64,000 nt of DNA, from assembly GCF_009914755.1 (NCBI RefSeq), contig NC_060938.1; one strand, 5' to 3'. The position numbers were made by a program, and so were the translations under genes. Below, one piece after another: positions 25,950 to 43,204 of the stretch (position 1 is the stretch's first letter; each line of letters begins with the position of its first letter). Source of the stretch: the human T2T-CHM13v2.0 reference genome, Homo sapiens. The notes beneath the pieces were generated by a model that ran no database searches, had not been told where the DNA came from, and saw only the letters and a list, made by a program, of their open reading frames with translations.

Positions 25950-28900
25950 GTATAGTAGAGGAGTATTAACACATGGCTTGAAGAATCACACACAAGGTTA
26001 TTATATGATGTATCTTGGTGAATACTAGCATACTGGCTTATTTGCCAAAGGAGGGGAAGCTCTCCTTTTTTTTTTTTTTTTTTTTGGCTGCTTAGAAAAT
26101 AGGTGGCTTTAACATCCTGGTACTGGTATTAGTGAGAGCTTTACCTGTATTCATACTGATTTGGGCATTAAATGCATTGTTAACACCATGTCAATCCAAT
26201 CACAAAAAGGTTGTTTGTTTTGTTGGAAGGGGCTGAACAAACAAGGGGAAATAATGATTACCAGTGCCTCTACCTTTCAACCAGCAGTTCAAATACCACT
26301 TATTGTTTTAGCTCGTTGAGAGGAAATACTTCTCCTTTGTATGAAGATAGTCACATATTCATTGCCAATGGAAACCTACATTTGATTAAAAAATCTGTTT
26401 TGTGCAATTAATAAGTTTTCATCTGATGACGTAGACGCTAATAGAGGTAATATTTTCCCTGAGATTAAAGTGAAAGGTTGCCAAACTTTCAGATTATGAA
26501 TGATTACCTTAAATATATTCTGGAGTCTATGTTTACTCACAGGTCTTTGCAAGCAGAAATTTTTAAATGTATTTTTGATATGTTATAGATACAATGAAAT
26601 GATTCACAATAGTCTATGATCTCCATCTGTGTATGCCACTGTGAATGTATCTCTCACATTGTTTTAGTATGTTAAGGAAAGAGAAATTTCATGGAGTAAT
26701 AGACATTAGCATTCAGAGCCATTTTAGATATCACTGATTTTTAACATTTTTATATCATTTGGAATGCTTTTAAGAAGCAATTGAATTTTGTGATTAGTCT
26801 GAGGTCATAATCATGCTTTACAAGTCACTTAATGGGATTACATAGGTGAAAGAATTATTTTAGGTCAGAAATATGATTAACTAGGAGAGCTTGCTTTAAA
26901 ATATGATTGTGGAAAATAGAACTAAACATTGCTATGAAAATATAACAAAGATGACCATAAATAAATACACCAGCTGAATACTAGATAGTTGCTTTTCTGT
27001 TAATGTTAAACTACCGTAATGTTTTTATTTTTGTGTGTGGGAAAATATGAAAGTAACATATTTTAAGGAAAATTAATAGTTTGTTAAAAATAAGCATTTC
27101 AAATATAAATTTTGAACAATTTGGCAATTTCTTGGCTTTTTATAATCATATATAAATATACTAATTTTTAGGATACTATTAGAAGAAATTTGTTTTGGAT
27201 ACTCTTACAAGAATTTTGATGCATTTGCATAATGTTAACTTTGCATATGTCTTACAGAAATAATTTAATAAGATTAGGGTTTTCATAACCTATTGATAAT
27301 CATGAATTAATGTGTCTGCCCAGCCCATTTATCTCTTGGAGGGGAAACCTAATTAAGCAATAATATTTACTCTTTAATTTTTTTTATAATGTAGCTAAGC
27401 AGATACTTTACATATTTATTTATTGGTATATATTTAAGTGTTCCCATTTGAACAGTTTGAATCAGGCATTCATAACATGGAAATAATTTGATTACTTTGT
27501 TATATTTCTCATTAATAACAAAATATTATATTAATAAATGTCAATTATTTAAAAGATGTTTAATAAAATATTTATAGCATTCTAAATTGATGAAAATAAC
27601 AGTGTTATTTAGTTTCTCTGGAACAAAACAATCTAGTTAAAAGAGATATGTCCAACCATTTGCTTATAAAAATGACACAAAATGAAAATTCCCAAAGTTG
27701 TTTTAAGGGATAAATTTTCAAAGTATATCTTTCCTCTTTAATATTTTACTTCTATCTCATTTTAAGAAGAGACTTAAAGTATTTTTCCTATAACATTAGA
27801 AAGAATTATTGTTATTATGTCAAAATAATATGAATTGCTGAAGAAATTCATTGGTTTAAAACAACAAAAAATTTGGTAACTGACCCTTTCTTTGGTGGAC
27901 TTTTGAACCTTTTCATATTTTCCCATTTTATGTATGGTCTTAATAAACTTGTCTTAAATAAACTTATTTTCTATCTGATGAATAGGAGGTACAGTCAAAA
28001 AGCAAAACAGAACAACAAAAACTACCTTGTCAGTATCTTAATAGAAAAAAGAGCAGTATAGGACTATGATGACATCTAATGAATTCTTTATTTCTTGTAA
28101 TGTGAAAGAACAAATAATCCACATATGCATGGATGTTTGTTTCTATGACTGCTCATTTTTATATTTGAAATAAAAAGTGTATTTGGCAAAATATGTTATA
28201 AGCACGCACACATACATAAGTATTATAACGTAGTTAAGCAGAATATATATGTTTAAAAAGATCAAACCATTTCACAATAAAAGAAATACTTATAAAAACA
28301 TCTGAACTAAACATTGGAAACAGCAAATAGGAGACAATCTGTCTATAGATTTTAAAAATAAAATGTTAATTAAAATATGAGGTACCCTAAGGAAATAGTA
28401 GGCATTTTCTTAGAGTATGTAAAATATAGAGATTTATATTTAAAGATATTCATATAATATTAGTTGCAATAGCAAGAAAATTAAAAACAGTCTAACCATA
28501 AGGGAATTATTAAATAAGTTATGATACATTTATAATTTGAGACATTTTGTAATAATTAAGAATATTTGAGGATATGAGAAAAACTTCATAACTATTAAGT
28601 GAAATAGGGGAAAAACTATAGTATGATTTTATAAAAATAAAAATATACATACATGTATATTATATAAAATAAGAGGCAAATGTTGGTGGTCTTTAAGTGA
28701 AACTATTGATTTTTCAGTGAACAGTTTCTGCCTTTTTCAGATTTTCTATAATGAGCATAGATTTAGTGTTAAAAAAAAACATTGCTTTCAAAAGATGTGA
28801 TTTTTTTTTTAGAAATTACTTGCACTCTAATCTTAAAATTTGAGACATAAAGACTCTATGGTTTTATGAAAACCATATGATGGCTGTGATCCAGTTTTGC

Positions 28901-31900
28901 CATTTTTTACCCACACCCTTTTTTTAGTCTTTCAGCTTTTCCTTGTATTTATTTTTATATATTTATGTTTATTATGTATCTATATATATATTAGTCCATC
29001 TTGTCTTCCAAGGTGATTGTATAATTTAGAAGAATCTGGTACAGTCAAGACCACATAAAACAAAAGATGTCCAGTTCTCTGTAGGCAGTTTGGAGCAATT
29101 GGGAAGACCAAAATCCTTAGAGTCACATTGATCCAGGTTCAAATTACAGCTTGGATACTTGATATTGATTCTCTACCGTTGGGCACGTTATTTAGCCTCT
29201 TTGGGTTTATCTTCTCCGATGTAAAATGTGAATATTAACCAACTTACCAGATTATTTTAAGGATTAGTGTTAATATATGTAAGGACATGGTATATAACTA
29301 GTACTCAGTAAGTTGTGTCTCAAATTAATATTATTTTATTGCTTTTACGTTTATGAAATTCTTAAATCTTTGATGTCATCATTTCCAGCAGTTATGAAAA
29401 GACATTTTATTGTTTGGCTTTTAATTAAAAATTAATGGGTTACTGTTAATAGATTTTGAAAGGGCACTAAACTGAAAAATGGACAAGCAAAAGAAGAAAC
29501 AAAGTATTGGATTATTAATAAAATCACAGTTGAGATATAGATATTTAATATCACTAATACATTTTACTCAAATGTGAATTCAAAATAAAAGAAATGAGAT
29601 GCAAAAGATTTCAGCTTTTCTGCAATATGTACCTATGATAAACTTTCATGTAGACTGTTCCTTAGCTTCAAGTCTTTTTCCTTTGTTTCCCCACTGGTTT
29701 TTTCATAACACAAATCTGTTATTCTAATGTGATTTTATGATAGTTTGAAACTCAGCTCTGTCCCCTATCATGTTAAAATCTCTGATGGTTGACTACCTTT
29801 CTTTTCCTTTCTCACATCACCATCATTACTGTCATTGTCACCATCATTGATACTGTTTATTAAGCACTTAAATGTTTCAGAGGAACTATGCTTACTTCTT
29901 TACAAATCAAACAAATATTTATTGTGGACTCATTATGTTCTAGGCACTGTGTTAGACACTGAATATAGATCAGCATATAAGACAGATTTGGGATCTCAGG
30001 CATTTTTTTGCCTGGTATTACTTCTCAATCATAATACACCATACATGTTGTAAGTAGTGGTTAAATGCGCAGACTTGGGATTCAGACCTTTGTTCTAATC
30101 TTTTTGACACTTATCATGTGTAATGACAGCCTCACTAAGCATTAGTTAAAAATCTACTATAGGTTGTTGTGATGCTTAAGTGAGATAATGTTTACGAAGT
30201 GCTTAACCCATAGAAGGCACTCAATAAATAATAATTATGATGATAAGATGATGATGTAACCATCTTGTTTTCTCAAGACTTCTTCATCTAATAGAGGACA
30301 TACTCAAAGTGTTCCTAATTGTGTGGTTATGTAAATTACTATCCCATACTAATTATATAGATAAGTATGGGATAGCTATTTATATATGGTTTTGTTTCAC
30401 AAGGAATTGATTGTTTATTTCTTTTGTTAAAATAGTTTACAAAGAATTTTTATTTATTATTTAATTTGATCCTCAGTTTTGAGTTTTCCTAGATTTTTAG
30501 AATTAACCTTATTTCAAAAGTGTGCAAATATTTTTTTAAAATTTAAAATCTCTAAAAAAAAGTTAAAATGTGTAATAAATAATTCTTATTTAGTCTTAGG
30601 AAAGCTGAAATGACCATCTCACTCCTTATGTGTTAATGATTTACTTCACTGTAGCTGTTTAAGACTTTTTACTGAGTTTTAGCTCATTAAATTATACATG
30701 TGGGTAATATTATTTGAAAATTGTATGAATGACCTTCAAATACTAGGGGATGTTTTAGAGAAGCAGAGGAGAAACATTGCATTTTTGTTCTTTGAGTATG
30801 TGTCTCTTCTCACCTAAAAAAAGTCATTAAAACACAAGCATTTTAAAATTTATTTTAGTTAAATTGAGTTTAACAATGAGACATAGTATGCTATGGCCTG
30901 ATTTGCATCCATTAATTTGCTCTTATATCAGTGATGATGTGTTTTTATGCCTTTTAAAAATAGCTTGTTCAATTAAACCTTTCATTTTTCCTAAACAGTC
31001 ACAGTGGGCATTATCTAGTGTTTTTGTTTCTTTAATTTTTGTTATTCTATTAAATTCTATTCTATTGCTTTTATAGTATGCAGATGATGCTTGAATTTTA
31101 CATAAAAGTATTTAAATAGTGTTTTATATGTTATTTTGTGATATTTAAAATATTTGTATTTCTTTAAAAGCCTTATTTTTCTATTTCTTAAAAGCTCACT
31201 TTAGAGCCTCTGCTTTATATGTTAGTTATTTTTCTTTCTTGCATGTCATCCATTAAAGATTAGCTGTGGAAGGTTGGAGCATGGAGAGATTATGAATGAC
31301 AGAACAACTCCTGTAGAATAATAATCAGTTTTTGGTATTTAATGCTGTTTGACTTTTGCAGACACATTTCTTATTAACCTTTGGTACAAAGAGAAATCCA
31401 GGTTCCTGATATCTCATGGAGAAGATGAATTTGAGATCCTCTTCCAATTAAACTGAAATAAAGCCAATATTAGGTTTTAGCCAAAAGAACTCCTTAGTTC
31501 CTAAGTCTTGTGTTTTTAAGTCTCTCCCTTTCTCTCTCTCTATTATCTAATCTATCTTACTGCATTTTAACATGTAATTCAATGGTTACATAATTTGCTT
31601 AGCTTACTTGTACTGATGATGCAAGCATTTGATTTTTCTCTTTAAACATAGATTTCTTTCTCTGCATGCAAATTTAGACTGATATTTTGTAAATTAAAAA
31701 AATATATTGTCAATATATTTTTTATTACAGAGAATGTTTATTTTCTTTTGGTAGAGAGAAGAGGAGTTTAATTGTGATTGTTCAAAGGATCAGTCACAGA
31801 ATCCCTGAAACTTACAACTTAAGTTTTTCTATTCAGGTTAAAATGTAAAGGGTAAAAATATAGATTTGTAATCTACCATTATAGCAAGTATATCAAGACA

Positions 31901-34900
31901 CCCCAGTGGATTAAAATGGGAAAAAATTATATTATAGAAAATGTTTACATTATTCTCTTGTAAAAAGATTATCTGTTACTATGTATCATATCTCAGATGA
32001 TGTTGACCATCTAATTAAGAGGAACAAGAGTTAATTTTCTTTACCAGAACAGAAAATGGCATAACTTTTATCTTTAAGAAATAGTACATATTGGAATCTA
32101 ATTTTTCTGTGTATATAATGGGCATCAATAAAATGTGATAGCCTTTAACCTAATACTTGAATGCCTTAATAGTATTAAATTATAATGCTACATTAAATTT
32201 ATATTTGTATTTTTTTAATTTGAAAAGAAAAAGGATTTCAAGAATATGAACACTAATTTCAGATAAGAACATGAAGGCCCATGTCTGTGAAACACAGCAG
32301 GTAGAAATATTGATAGACTATTGATTATATTACTGTCTTTGGCTACAGAATTCTATGGATATGAATCAGAATGAATTCTGACGAGTGCCAGGTCAAATAA
32401 TACTTGAGGAAAGAATATAACCAATTTGTATCCTTGCTTCCTAGAAAAGTTTGGTTTTTTTCTGGAAAAGCAATAAAATTGGAGTAGACGGAGGATCCAT
32501 TATACATAAGAATAGCCAACAGCTGGAAATATTTTATTGGGTTTAACATACAATGGACTTTAGCATAATGTCAAGCCTTTGAAAATATATGTAATTAAGG
32601 TATTTAAAACATAAAAATAACAAAAATAAAACTTTTCAGAAAGTTATCTAAAGACTTTTTCACACGTCTAATGATTCTAAAGAGGAAATGAGATTAGAAA
32701 ATGTTTAGATAGCAGTTATATTTCAAAGAATTTTCATATTGGTATCAAATTTAAGGCTGATAGTCTGTTTAGTAAATAAAAATTTTTTAAGTTATATTTC
32801 AAAAGACATACAATTATCAGTACTGATTTTAATGCTTCAGGGATAAACTTTTCTCTTTCACATTGGAAAAGGTAGCTCCAATATCACATATATTAAATCT
32901 TTGAATGTAAGCATAGAGCATATTTTCAGAAAACTTTTTTAATATAGTCTTTGAGTTTTCTGTAGTAAATACATGTGTATAGTAATCGAGGGTTTTTTAA
33001 AAAATGCTTTTGATTCATTGTCTTGCTACTGAAACATACTATTTTGCATAATTTTCAAATTAATTTTGAACACTTCCTGTACTGATGCTGAGTGTATAAA
33101 TTTACAGCAACTTTACAGAGGAAAATTTGACAGTATATATTAAGAGCTTTAGAAGCTGACTTTTAATCTAGCCATCATACTTCTAGTAATTTTCTTAAGT
33201 AATTAGGTGTGTATATACATAAAGATGTGTATACAAAGATATCCATTACAGTGTTGTTTATATAGCCAATAGTTGGAAATGGTGTACAATCTAATATTAG
33301 GAGCATCTTAGTTGAATCACATATAGCATGTCCAAATGATAAAATTTCACCTGCTATTTTATATTTTTTAAGAATACTGAGGAATATAGGAACATATGCT
33401 GCTTATTTTAATTACAGGGTTACAAAGCTATACTAAATATTTTTCTCCTTTAAATTTTTATGAGTTTGTACTACTGTTTAATCAGAAAAAGTTATTTACA
33501 AAGTAATTGTATAAAATGTTGCAAAGTCCAGTTTTAAAAAAACAAATAGTCTGGTCTATGAAAGAAGTTCTGGAGTAATAAGTTGAATTCAGCATTGTTA
33601 TGCCAAAAACAGAAACATCGAACTAATTTGAGTCGGTTTTGGTTAATTTTCTACTGGTGTGGGGCATCTACCATCTATTTTAAAATTTCCAATAGCCAGT
33701 TTATGCAAAGAAGGAAAAATTACAATTATTAAGGAAATTAAAATATATAATGTTTGTAGTTCTAGAATATATATGTGGTGGTTTTATAAATGTTAATTGT
33801 TCTCATATTTGCAAGAAATGAATTTAACATCATTATAAGTCTTCTCCAGATGGTTATTTCTCATGTAAAACTAATGGTAGATATTCATAGAATTTGAGAT
33901 TCTTTCATATGTAGTAAAGTCTGGTCTTTTACAAAATTATTGTGTATATTATATTGCTTAGAATTTTCCAACATGAATTATTATCCAGTTATTTAATATG
34001 TTTAAAATCCTAATGATTTCTTTTTCCTTCTTTTTAATTTAGCCTTTTATATTTACATAACTACCATAAGATGTTAACAGATGGATTCTTTTTCCTGTGA
34101 AATGTCTATCCTCCCAATTATGTTATTTAGAGAATCATGAGCCAGTGTTTAAACTAGAATGTTATCCAAGGTACTGTCTCACTCGTACTGTATTTTAAAA
34201 GTAGTTTGAAAAGTGTGGAATATGGATTTGCCAATAGACTTGGGTCTACTAAGAAAATATGTACTCTGCCTTGACTCAATAAACTCATACTTAGTGTGGT
34301 TCAGCTTCTTCATATTTACTCTTGCCCATATTAGAAAACAATTAGCTTACTAAACAAATTTGAGTATTTGGTTGAGGGGGGTACGGGTGATCCTCTCTGA
34401 ATCTTTCTCATTTGACTAAGAATTATAGGATATTTGATAACCGTGTTTAAAAATGGAGATATCCAAATATTATTGTAAACACCCAATGATTTGTTTTACC
34501 TACAATATAAGTATTTTACTTGGTTGGCTTACATAGTAGCTAATAATATTTGTTAATGTAATTTAACTGCTGTGAACCTTTACTGAACAAATATTGAAAT
34601 TTATTCAAGTCAAAGAAAGAGAATCTCTAATGACTTTTGTTAAAGCTTCTATTTAACAGTTAAGGAGAAAAGTTTGTATGACATACGAGATGCAATTAAC
34701 AGTAGATTTTACATTTAATAAAAAGAAAGAAGCATGCGTATTTGCTTTATTCATTCCATCATAATTTGCATTAGAGCTGTGGGTGTTTAATGAGCAAATT
34801 CCAACTAAAATGCTATATTGATTTTCTAGTGAACTTTGTTATAGTCATCTACCTTGGAAAAGCTCAGTGTTTACAATTAAGTTTTCTTTACTAAAAATGT

Positions 34901-36060
34901 TTGAGAGTTGCATATTGATCCTTCAAAAGTACTGAATTCCAGAATCAGGATTTTTTATAACCAACAAATTTCACATCTAACCTAATAGATGTTAAAAATT
35001 ATCATGCAGTAAATACCTTAATTTTGGTTTTGAGGGTTTTTTTGTTTTATTTTTAATTGACAAATAATAATCGTATATATTATTCCCTTAATTGATGTAT
35101 GATTTGCAGATTTATGAAGTGCAATGTGATGTTTCAGTACATGTACATACATTGTGAAATGATCAAATCAGTCTGATTAACATATTCACCACCTCAAATA
35201 CTTACTGTTTCTTGGTGATAAGGACATTTAAAATCCATTATTTTAGCTTTTTGAAATATACATTACTCTTCATTATAAGTCACCTTGATGTGTAATAGAT
35301 CACCAGAACCTATTCCTCCTGTCTAACTGAAAATTGTATTTTTTGACCAATATCTCTTCTTTCCTCCTCCACCCTCATCCCCAGCCTCTGGTAGCTATTG
35401 TTCTACTCTTTACTTATGTGAGTTCCACTTTTTTAGATTCCACATATGTGAGATCATGAGGTATTTGTCTCTCTGTGCTTGGCTTATTTCGCCTAGCATA
35501 GTGTCCTCTAGGTTTATCCACGTTGTTGCAAATGACAGAATATCCCTTCTTTTTTTCAGCTTTTCCAGCTGAAAAACCTGAATCCTAGCTTTTAAAGGCT
35601 GTATTGTATTCCATTGTACCACATTAAAAAAACTCATTTATCTATTGTTTGGCACTTCAGTTGTTTCCATATCTTGGCTATTGTGAGTAATGCTGCAGTG
35701 AACATGGGAGTGTAGGCATCTCTTTAACATACTTCTTTCGACTCCTTTGGATACATACCTGAAAGTGGAACTGCTGGATCACATGGTAACTCTACTTTTA
35801 GTTTTTTGTGGAACCTCATACCGTTTTCCAAAATGGCTGTAGTAATTTACAATACCACCAACATTGTGTAATGGTTTGCTTTTCTCCACATCCACACCAA
35901 CACTTGTTATCTTTCGTGTTTTTGATAATAGCCAATCTAACGGGTGAGATGATAGCTCATTGTGATTTTAGTTTGCCTTTCTTTGGTGATTAGAGATGTT
36001 AAGCTTTCTTTATATAACTGTTAACCATTTGTGTGTCTTTTTTTGAGAAATATTTGTTAG

Positions 36061-36306
<246 letters not shown>

Positions 36307-36741
36307 TGAATAGTTCGAGTTCCTTGTATATTTTTGGTATTATTCTTTTCATTAATGTGTCATTTGCAGATATTTTCTCCTACACTGTAAGTTGTCTCAT
36401 TATTGTTTTCTTAACTGTGCAGACGCTTTTTAATTTGATGCAATCCTATTAGTCTTTTTTTACTTTCACTGCCTGTGCGTTTGGGGTCATATTCAAGAAG
36501 TCTGTGTCTAAACCAATGTCATGGAACTTTCCCCCTGTGTTATCTTCTAGTAGTTTTATAATTTCCAGTTTTATGTTTTAGTCTTTAGTGCATTTTAAAC
36601 TGATTCTTGAATAAGGGATGAGATGATGCCTATTTTTATTCTGCATGTGGATATCTAATTTTCCCAGCACCATTTATTGAAGAGATTGTACTTTCTCCAT
36701 TGTGTGTTCTTGGCACTTTGTTGAAAATCAGTTGACCATAA

Positions 36742-37129
<388 letters not shown>

Positions 37130-37662
37130 ATCATGCTGTTTTGATTACTCTGGCTTTGTGATATATTTTAAATGGTAGTTGCTTAAAATTGCTTTGGCTG
37201 TTTGGGGTCTTTTGTGATTCCATATGAATTTTAGATTGTTTTTTCTATTTCTATTTCTGTTCCTATTTCTGTGAAGAATTACAGTAGAATTTTGATAGGG
37301 ATTGCATTGAATCTTTAGAGTAATACCTTAATTTGAAAAACATTCTTATCATTTATAAATTCTATAACCAGATTTTATGTGTTTGTGCATGTGTGTTTTC
37401 TGGCATTTAAATTTTAACCTTAGAATACATAAATGGTAATGTCCTTTAAATGCACATATACATCTTTGGATTTGAAGTAGCATTAAAAAAAAAGTGTTTT
37501 CTCTTGATCACACAGGACCAAAGAAGCCCTCTGTATATAACACTTAAAACTAAAAGAGCATTTCAAAATTTTTCTGAAGTTTATTTTGTAGTTTGACAGT
37601 ATAAATAAAATTTGGTTCAGCGATTCAGGTATTTGAGGCCCTCTTTGTCTAATATTGCAGTA

Positions 37663-37815
37663 ATATTATTATTATTATTATTATTATTTAAGATGGAGTT
37701 TCGCTCTCGTGCAATGGCGTGATATCGGCTCACTGCAACCTCCACCTCCTTGGTTCAAGCGATCTCCTGCCTCAGCCACCTGTGTAGCTAGGATTGCAGG
37801 CATGCACCACCACAT
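37663..37815 (-). mobile_element. Alu right-arm fragment with (ATT)n tail
   Basis: (att)n followed by agatggagtttcgctct...caccaccac. Confidence 0.8.
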
Positions 37816-37857
37816 TGGATCCCTGCCCAAGGATTGTTGCAGATTAATATACAGTTA

Positions 37858-38189
<332 letters not shown>

Positions 38190-38269
38190 AAGGTAGTTAT
38201 GATTTATTTCTTAATTGTGAGTAGTGGAAAAGTGGTGGTAGAGTATTCAGCATGGATCTAATTAGCCAG

Positions 38270-38437
38270 TCAGTTCACACCCTGGGCTAGATGGCATAAA
38301 ATTTCATTACACTACTCAAAACAATATGTAATTTAAAACTTATGAACTGTTTATTTCTGAAGTGTTTCACAATGTTTTCAGACTATGAATAACTGAAACC
38401 ATGGAAAAAGGAACTACAGATAAAACGGGACTGCTGT
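38270..38437. mobile_element. MER8/Tigger-type DNA transposon remnant
   Basis: aatttaaaacttatgaactgtttatttctg...taactgaaaccatggaaa...ggactgctgta. Confidence 0.6.
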
Positions 38438-38454
38438 ATCAATTCCTCATGCTG

Positions 38455-38784
<330 letters not shown>

Positions 38785-39383
38785 CCTCATGCTGTTTTGA
38801 AAGAGCCACTGCACCCAGCCAATATTTTTGATAAACTATTATTAATATAATTGTGGTATGCAGCATACAATATAGAATGGATTCTGAATAATTTCTCTTT
38901 CAGTCTCTTACATAATTTTTGCCTGCCAATGAAAAAGGCTAAAAATTGAGGAATTTTGACTTAGATTTTTAATATGTAAGCAGTACAAATTAATCAAAAC
39001 CACATTATTAATATGTCTAGGAGTTAAGTCACATTGTGCGTCTGTGGTTTGAGTATGGTTACTGTAGTGGTAGAATGGAACTAACATTTGTTGATGATCC
39101 ACTGTATTTTATTTATTCGGCCAAGAGCTTTCATATATTTTCTAATTTAATTTTTCATAACATCATGAATAGTGGTATTTTACCCATTTTATATACCTGA
39201 ACTTCAACTAAAATAATTTAAGAAATTAACACAAACAAGCTTGCTAACCTTTAGTACCTTAAATCACAGTTAAAACTCATATTCTTCCATACACCATACT
39301 GTTTTCCATACTATGCAAGATACACCATGTTGGTTTCTCCAAGCTGTTATTATTGCCCTTACTGGACGGATATTCTGTAGCAC

Positions 39384-39434
39384 TTTGGCCTCCCAAAGTG
39401 CTGGGATTACAGGTGTGAGCCACCATGCCCAGCC
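39384..39434 (-). mobile_element. Alu 5'-end fragment
   Basis: ttggcctcccaaagtgctgggattacaggtgtgagccaccatgcccagcc. Confidence 0.8.
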
Positions 39435-39737
39435 CACATTGCAGTAATGTTTTAAAAATTATGTAAGATTTCAAACATACAAACAATAAAATTATGCCTA
39501 AGAAATGATAATTTTAGATAACATTAAACCTCCTGATATAGTGCTGCAAAAATCTAGATGATGCCATTTGTATTAAAATCTATATCAACAGTGCCCCCTG
39601 CTCTGTGCAGATGTGCACTACTATAACAGCACAGCATTGTCCTATTTTATTCTTCCCTTACCCATTTTCTTTTCTCCCCTTCCACCTTCCCACTGAGATG
39701 ATTACTATTTTGAATTTTGTGTTTATACTTTCCATGA

Positions 39738-40060
<323 letters not shown>

Positions 40061-40735
40061 TGCTCATTGTATTGTTTTTACTAATTGTGTCTATTCATAA
40101 ATAGTTGGTAGAGTTGCTTTACTTTGAAACTTGCTATTTTTGTCAGCATTTTGTTTTTGAGATTTGTCCATTTGTCCATAGTCAAGTCATTTTAAATGCT
40201 GGGTAGTATTCCATTCTGAATGTAATTTATTTATTCCTGTTAATGTTGATGGACATTTGGGTTATGCCTAAGCTTTTGCTATTATAAGCAATGCTACAGT
40301 AAGTATTTTTATACATGTTTACATTTACATATGTGCATGAATTTCTCTAGGCTATATACCAAAGAGGGGATTTGCTAGCCTAGGCCTGTCTTCAACTTCA
40401 ATAAACATTGCCAAATTGCTCTTCAGATGGTTGTAGAAATATATCTGCCTATCTGCAATATGTGTGAGAGTTTTCTTTATTTCACAGGCTTACAACATTT
40501 GCTATTATCAGACCTTTAAATTTTTGCTTTAAATTTTTTAGGGGTATGAAGTGGTATCCCAGTTTTGCAGTACCTATTATTAAAAATAATATTTTATGAA
40601 TTGATTGATTGATATTAATTCAGTTTATTGAGTAGTCCTTACAGTAATAATTACTTATGGCTTTTATTTTTGCTAAAGGTATACATTTGTCCTTTATTTT
40701 GTATGATTGATTGTGCGCTTTATATATTTTGGTAG

Positions 40736-40865
40736 CTCTGGTTGAAGAAGTGTATTTTGCGCAGAAGGAACGTGATGAAGCTGTTATGTCTAGACTGCAA
40801 TTAGCCATTGAGGAGAGAGATGAAGCAATTGCACGAGCCAAGCATATGGAAATGTCTCTAAAAGT
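40736..40865 (+). CDS. MIPOL1: MIPOL1 coding exon (ALVEEVYFAQKERDEA...MEMSLKV), 130 nt
   Basis: tattttggtag|CTCTGGTT...AAAGT|gtatgt; phase 1 to phase 2. Confidence 0.94.
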
Positions 40866-40944
40866 GTATGTACACATTTAAAACTCAGTATGATATTAGG
40901 AACACTTATAAAAGGCATGCTTTAGGTGGTAGTTACATATTTAA

Positions 40945-41309
<365 letters not shown>

Positions 41310-41619
41310 TCTCCAGTCTTTTTCTAAAACCTTTGGCATGCTAGTTTGCCTGTCAGGAATAGCAGTCAGTTTAAAAAAAGAAAGAAAGAAATGCACATCA
41401 CTCTCAATACAATTACTTTCTTTATTTCTTCATAGTTTTGTTGTTTCTTCATATGTGACTCCTCTTTTTATTATCTCCTCTTCTCCTCATTATCACTTTT
41501 AAAATTCATTTCAGCTATCTGAGTCTTTCACTGCTCTCTGCTTAATATCCCTGTTCCTGTTCTTTACTGCTTTTTACTTGCAGTTTTTTTAGCTTTGTTT
41601 TTTAAACGTGAGTGATACT

Positions 41620-41890
41620 TGAATAGGGTGGAGCCTAAGAATCTACATTTTTTAAAGCAACCCAGGTGATTCTGATAGGTAGATGATGGACTACACTTAG
41701 AGAAACAATGCCCTAGAAATATGTACTTTTCAAATTCTAATGTACAATCTGACCACTTGGGAGATCTTGTCAGAGTGCAGATTCTGGTTCATTAGGCCTG
41801 GGTTGGGACTGGAGATTCTGTCCTTATAACAAGCTCCCAGATGTTACACATGATGCTAGTCTAAGGAATATGCTTTGGGTAGAAAGGCCC
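41620..41890. mobile_element. MER5A/B hAT-Charlie remnants
   Basis: ggtggagcctaagaatctacattttt...ccaggtgattctgat and gcagattctggttcattaggcctggg. Confidence 0.65.
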
Positions 41891-42674
41891 TAGAACATCT
41901 AGAAATATGTTACCTGTACAGATAGATAGAATCCAGTAATCTAATATTTAATGATCAATCAGCATACTTATGGCATGTTTACCTTGTCCAGTGTTGTCCT
42001 AGGCTCTGTGGAGGAACAGAGTAAAGTACTAATTAAAACATGGTTCACTGGGGAGACAAAAAGCCATAAATAATTAATAATATGTGTCCAAGTTGTGATT
42101 AGGTAATATTTGTTTTTTGTTTAGATTAATGGCTTCATTTTTTTTGAAGATTGATAGGCTCATTATACAGCATTAAACTCATTGAAAAAAACAAATCAAG
42201 AAACAAAAAAAATCATCTAAATTCCACAATGCCTATTCCAAAATAACCATCTTTATCTATAAGGAAATATTATTTCAAGTATTTTCTCTTATATACCTAA
42301 ACATCATTACCTAGAAGGATAGATGGCTTGGGGTTGATTGGAGGTAGCCATAAATTAATTGGATAAAAATCAATTCATTCTCTATATGTTGTCATATTTG
42401 AAAAGCAGTGTAATGTAGAGACTAAGAGCACAGATTCTGAACCCAGTCTATCTTTGAATATTGGTTCTGCTGCTTCCTTGCTGTATAGCGATGGACAAAT
42501 TACCCAAAGTCTTTAAGGCTCAGTTTTTTTGGTCTACAAAATGTATATAATAGAGCAGGTTATGAGGACTTACACAGGTTGTCATAAGGAGTAAATTACT
42601 TGTTGACTATATATGTATATATGTAAAATATTTTATATATATTTAAAAATATATATATATGTATGGGTTGGTTG

Positions 42675-42971
42675 GTTGTTTAGAGACAGAGTCTTGCTAT
42701 ATCACACAGGCTGGAGTGCAGTGGTGCAATCAGAGCTCATTGCAGACTTGAACTGGGCTCAAGTGATCCTCCTACCTCAGCCTCCCAAGGAGCTATGACT
42801 ACAGGGACTTCAGGCACATGCCACCATGCTTGGCTGATTTTTAAAGTTTTTTGTAGAGGTGGGGTCTCACTGTGTGGCCCAGGCTGGTGTCAAACTCTGG
42901 GCCTCATGTGATCCTCTCACCTTGGCCTTCCAAAGCACTGAGATTACAGGCATGAGCCATTGCACCTAGCC
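42675..42971 (-). mobile_element. AluJ-like, inserted in a MIR
   Basis: Antisense Alu; MIR-like sequence at 42405-42600 and 42975-43030. Confidence 0.85.
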
Positions 42972-43204
42972 AAATCACTGAATATTGAAAAATATGTGGC
43001 TCATAGTGGGTGCTATGTAAGTATTAACTTGAATTTAAGAGTAATAGTCAATTGAAGTGAAACTGAAGAAAATTTTGAACTTCATGCAATATTTTCTCTC
43101 AATAAGCTATATTAATTTTCTAAACGCTCTTCTAACATTAACAAATGAGACTGAAAAAAAAGGTGTTGGAGTCATCAAATTTTTTTCTTTTTCTTTTATT
43201 TAAT

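Noticed and set aside
40620-40877. Antisense 85-aa ORF
   Set aside because: Shadow of the MIPOL1 exon on the opposite strand.
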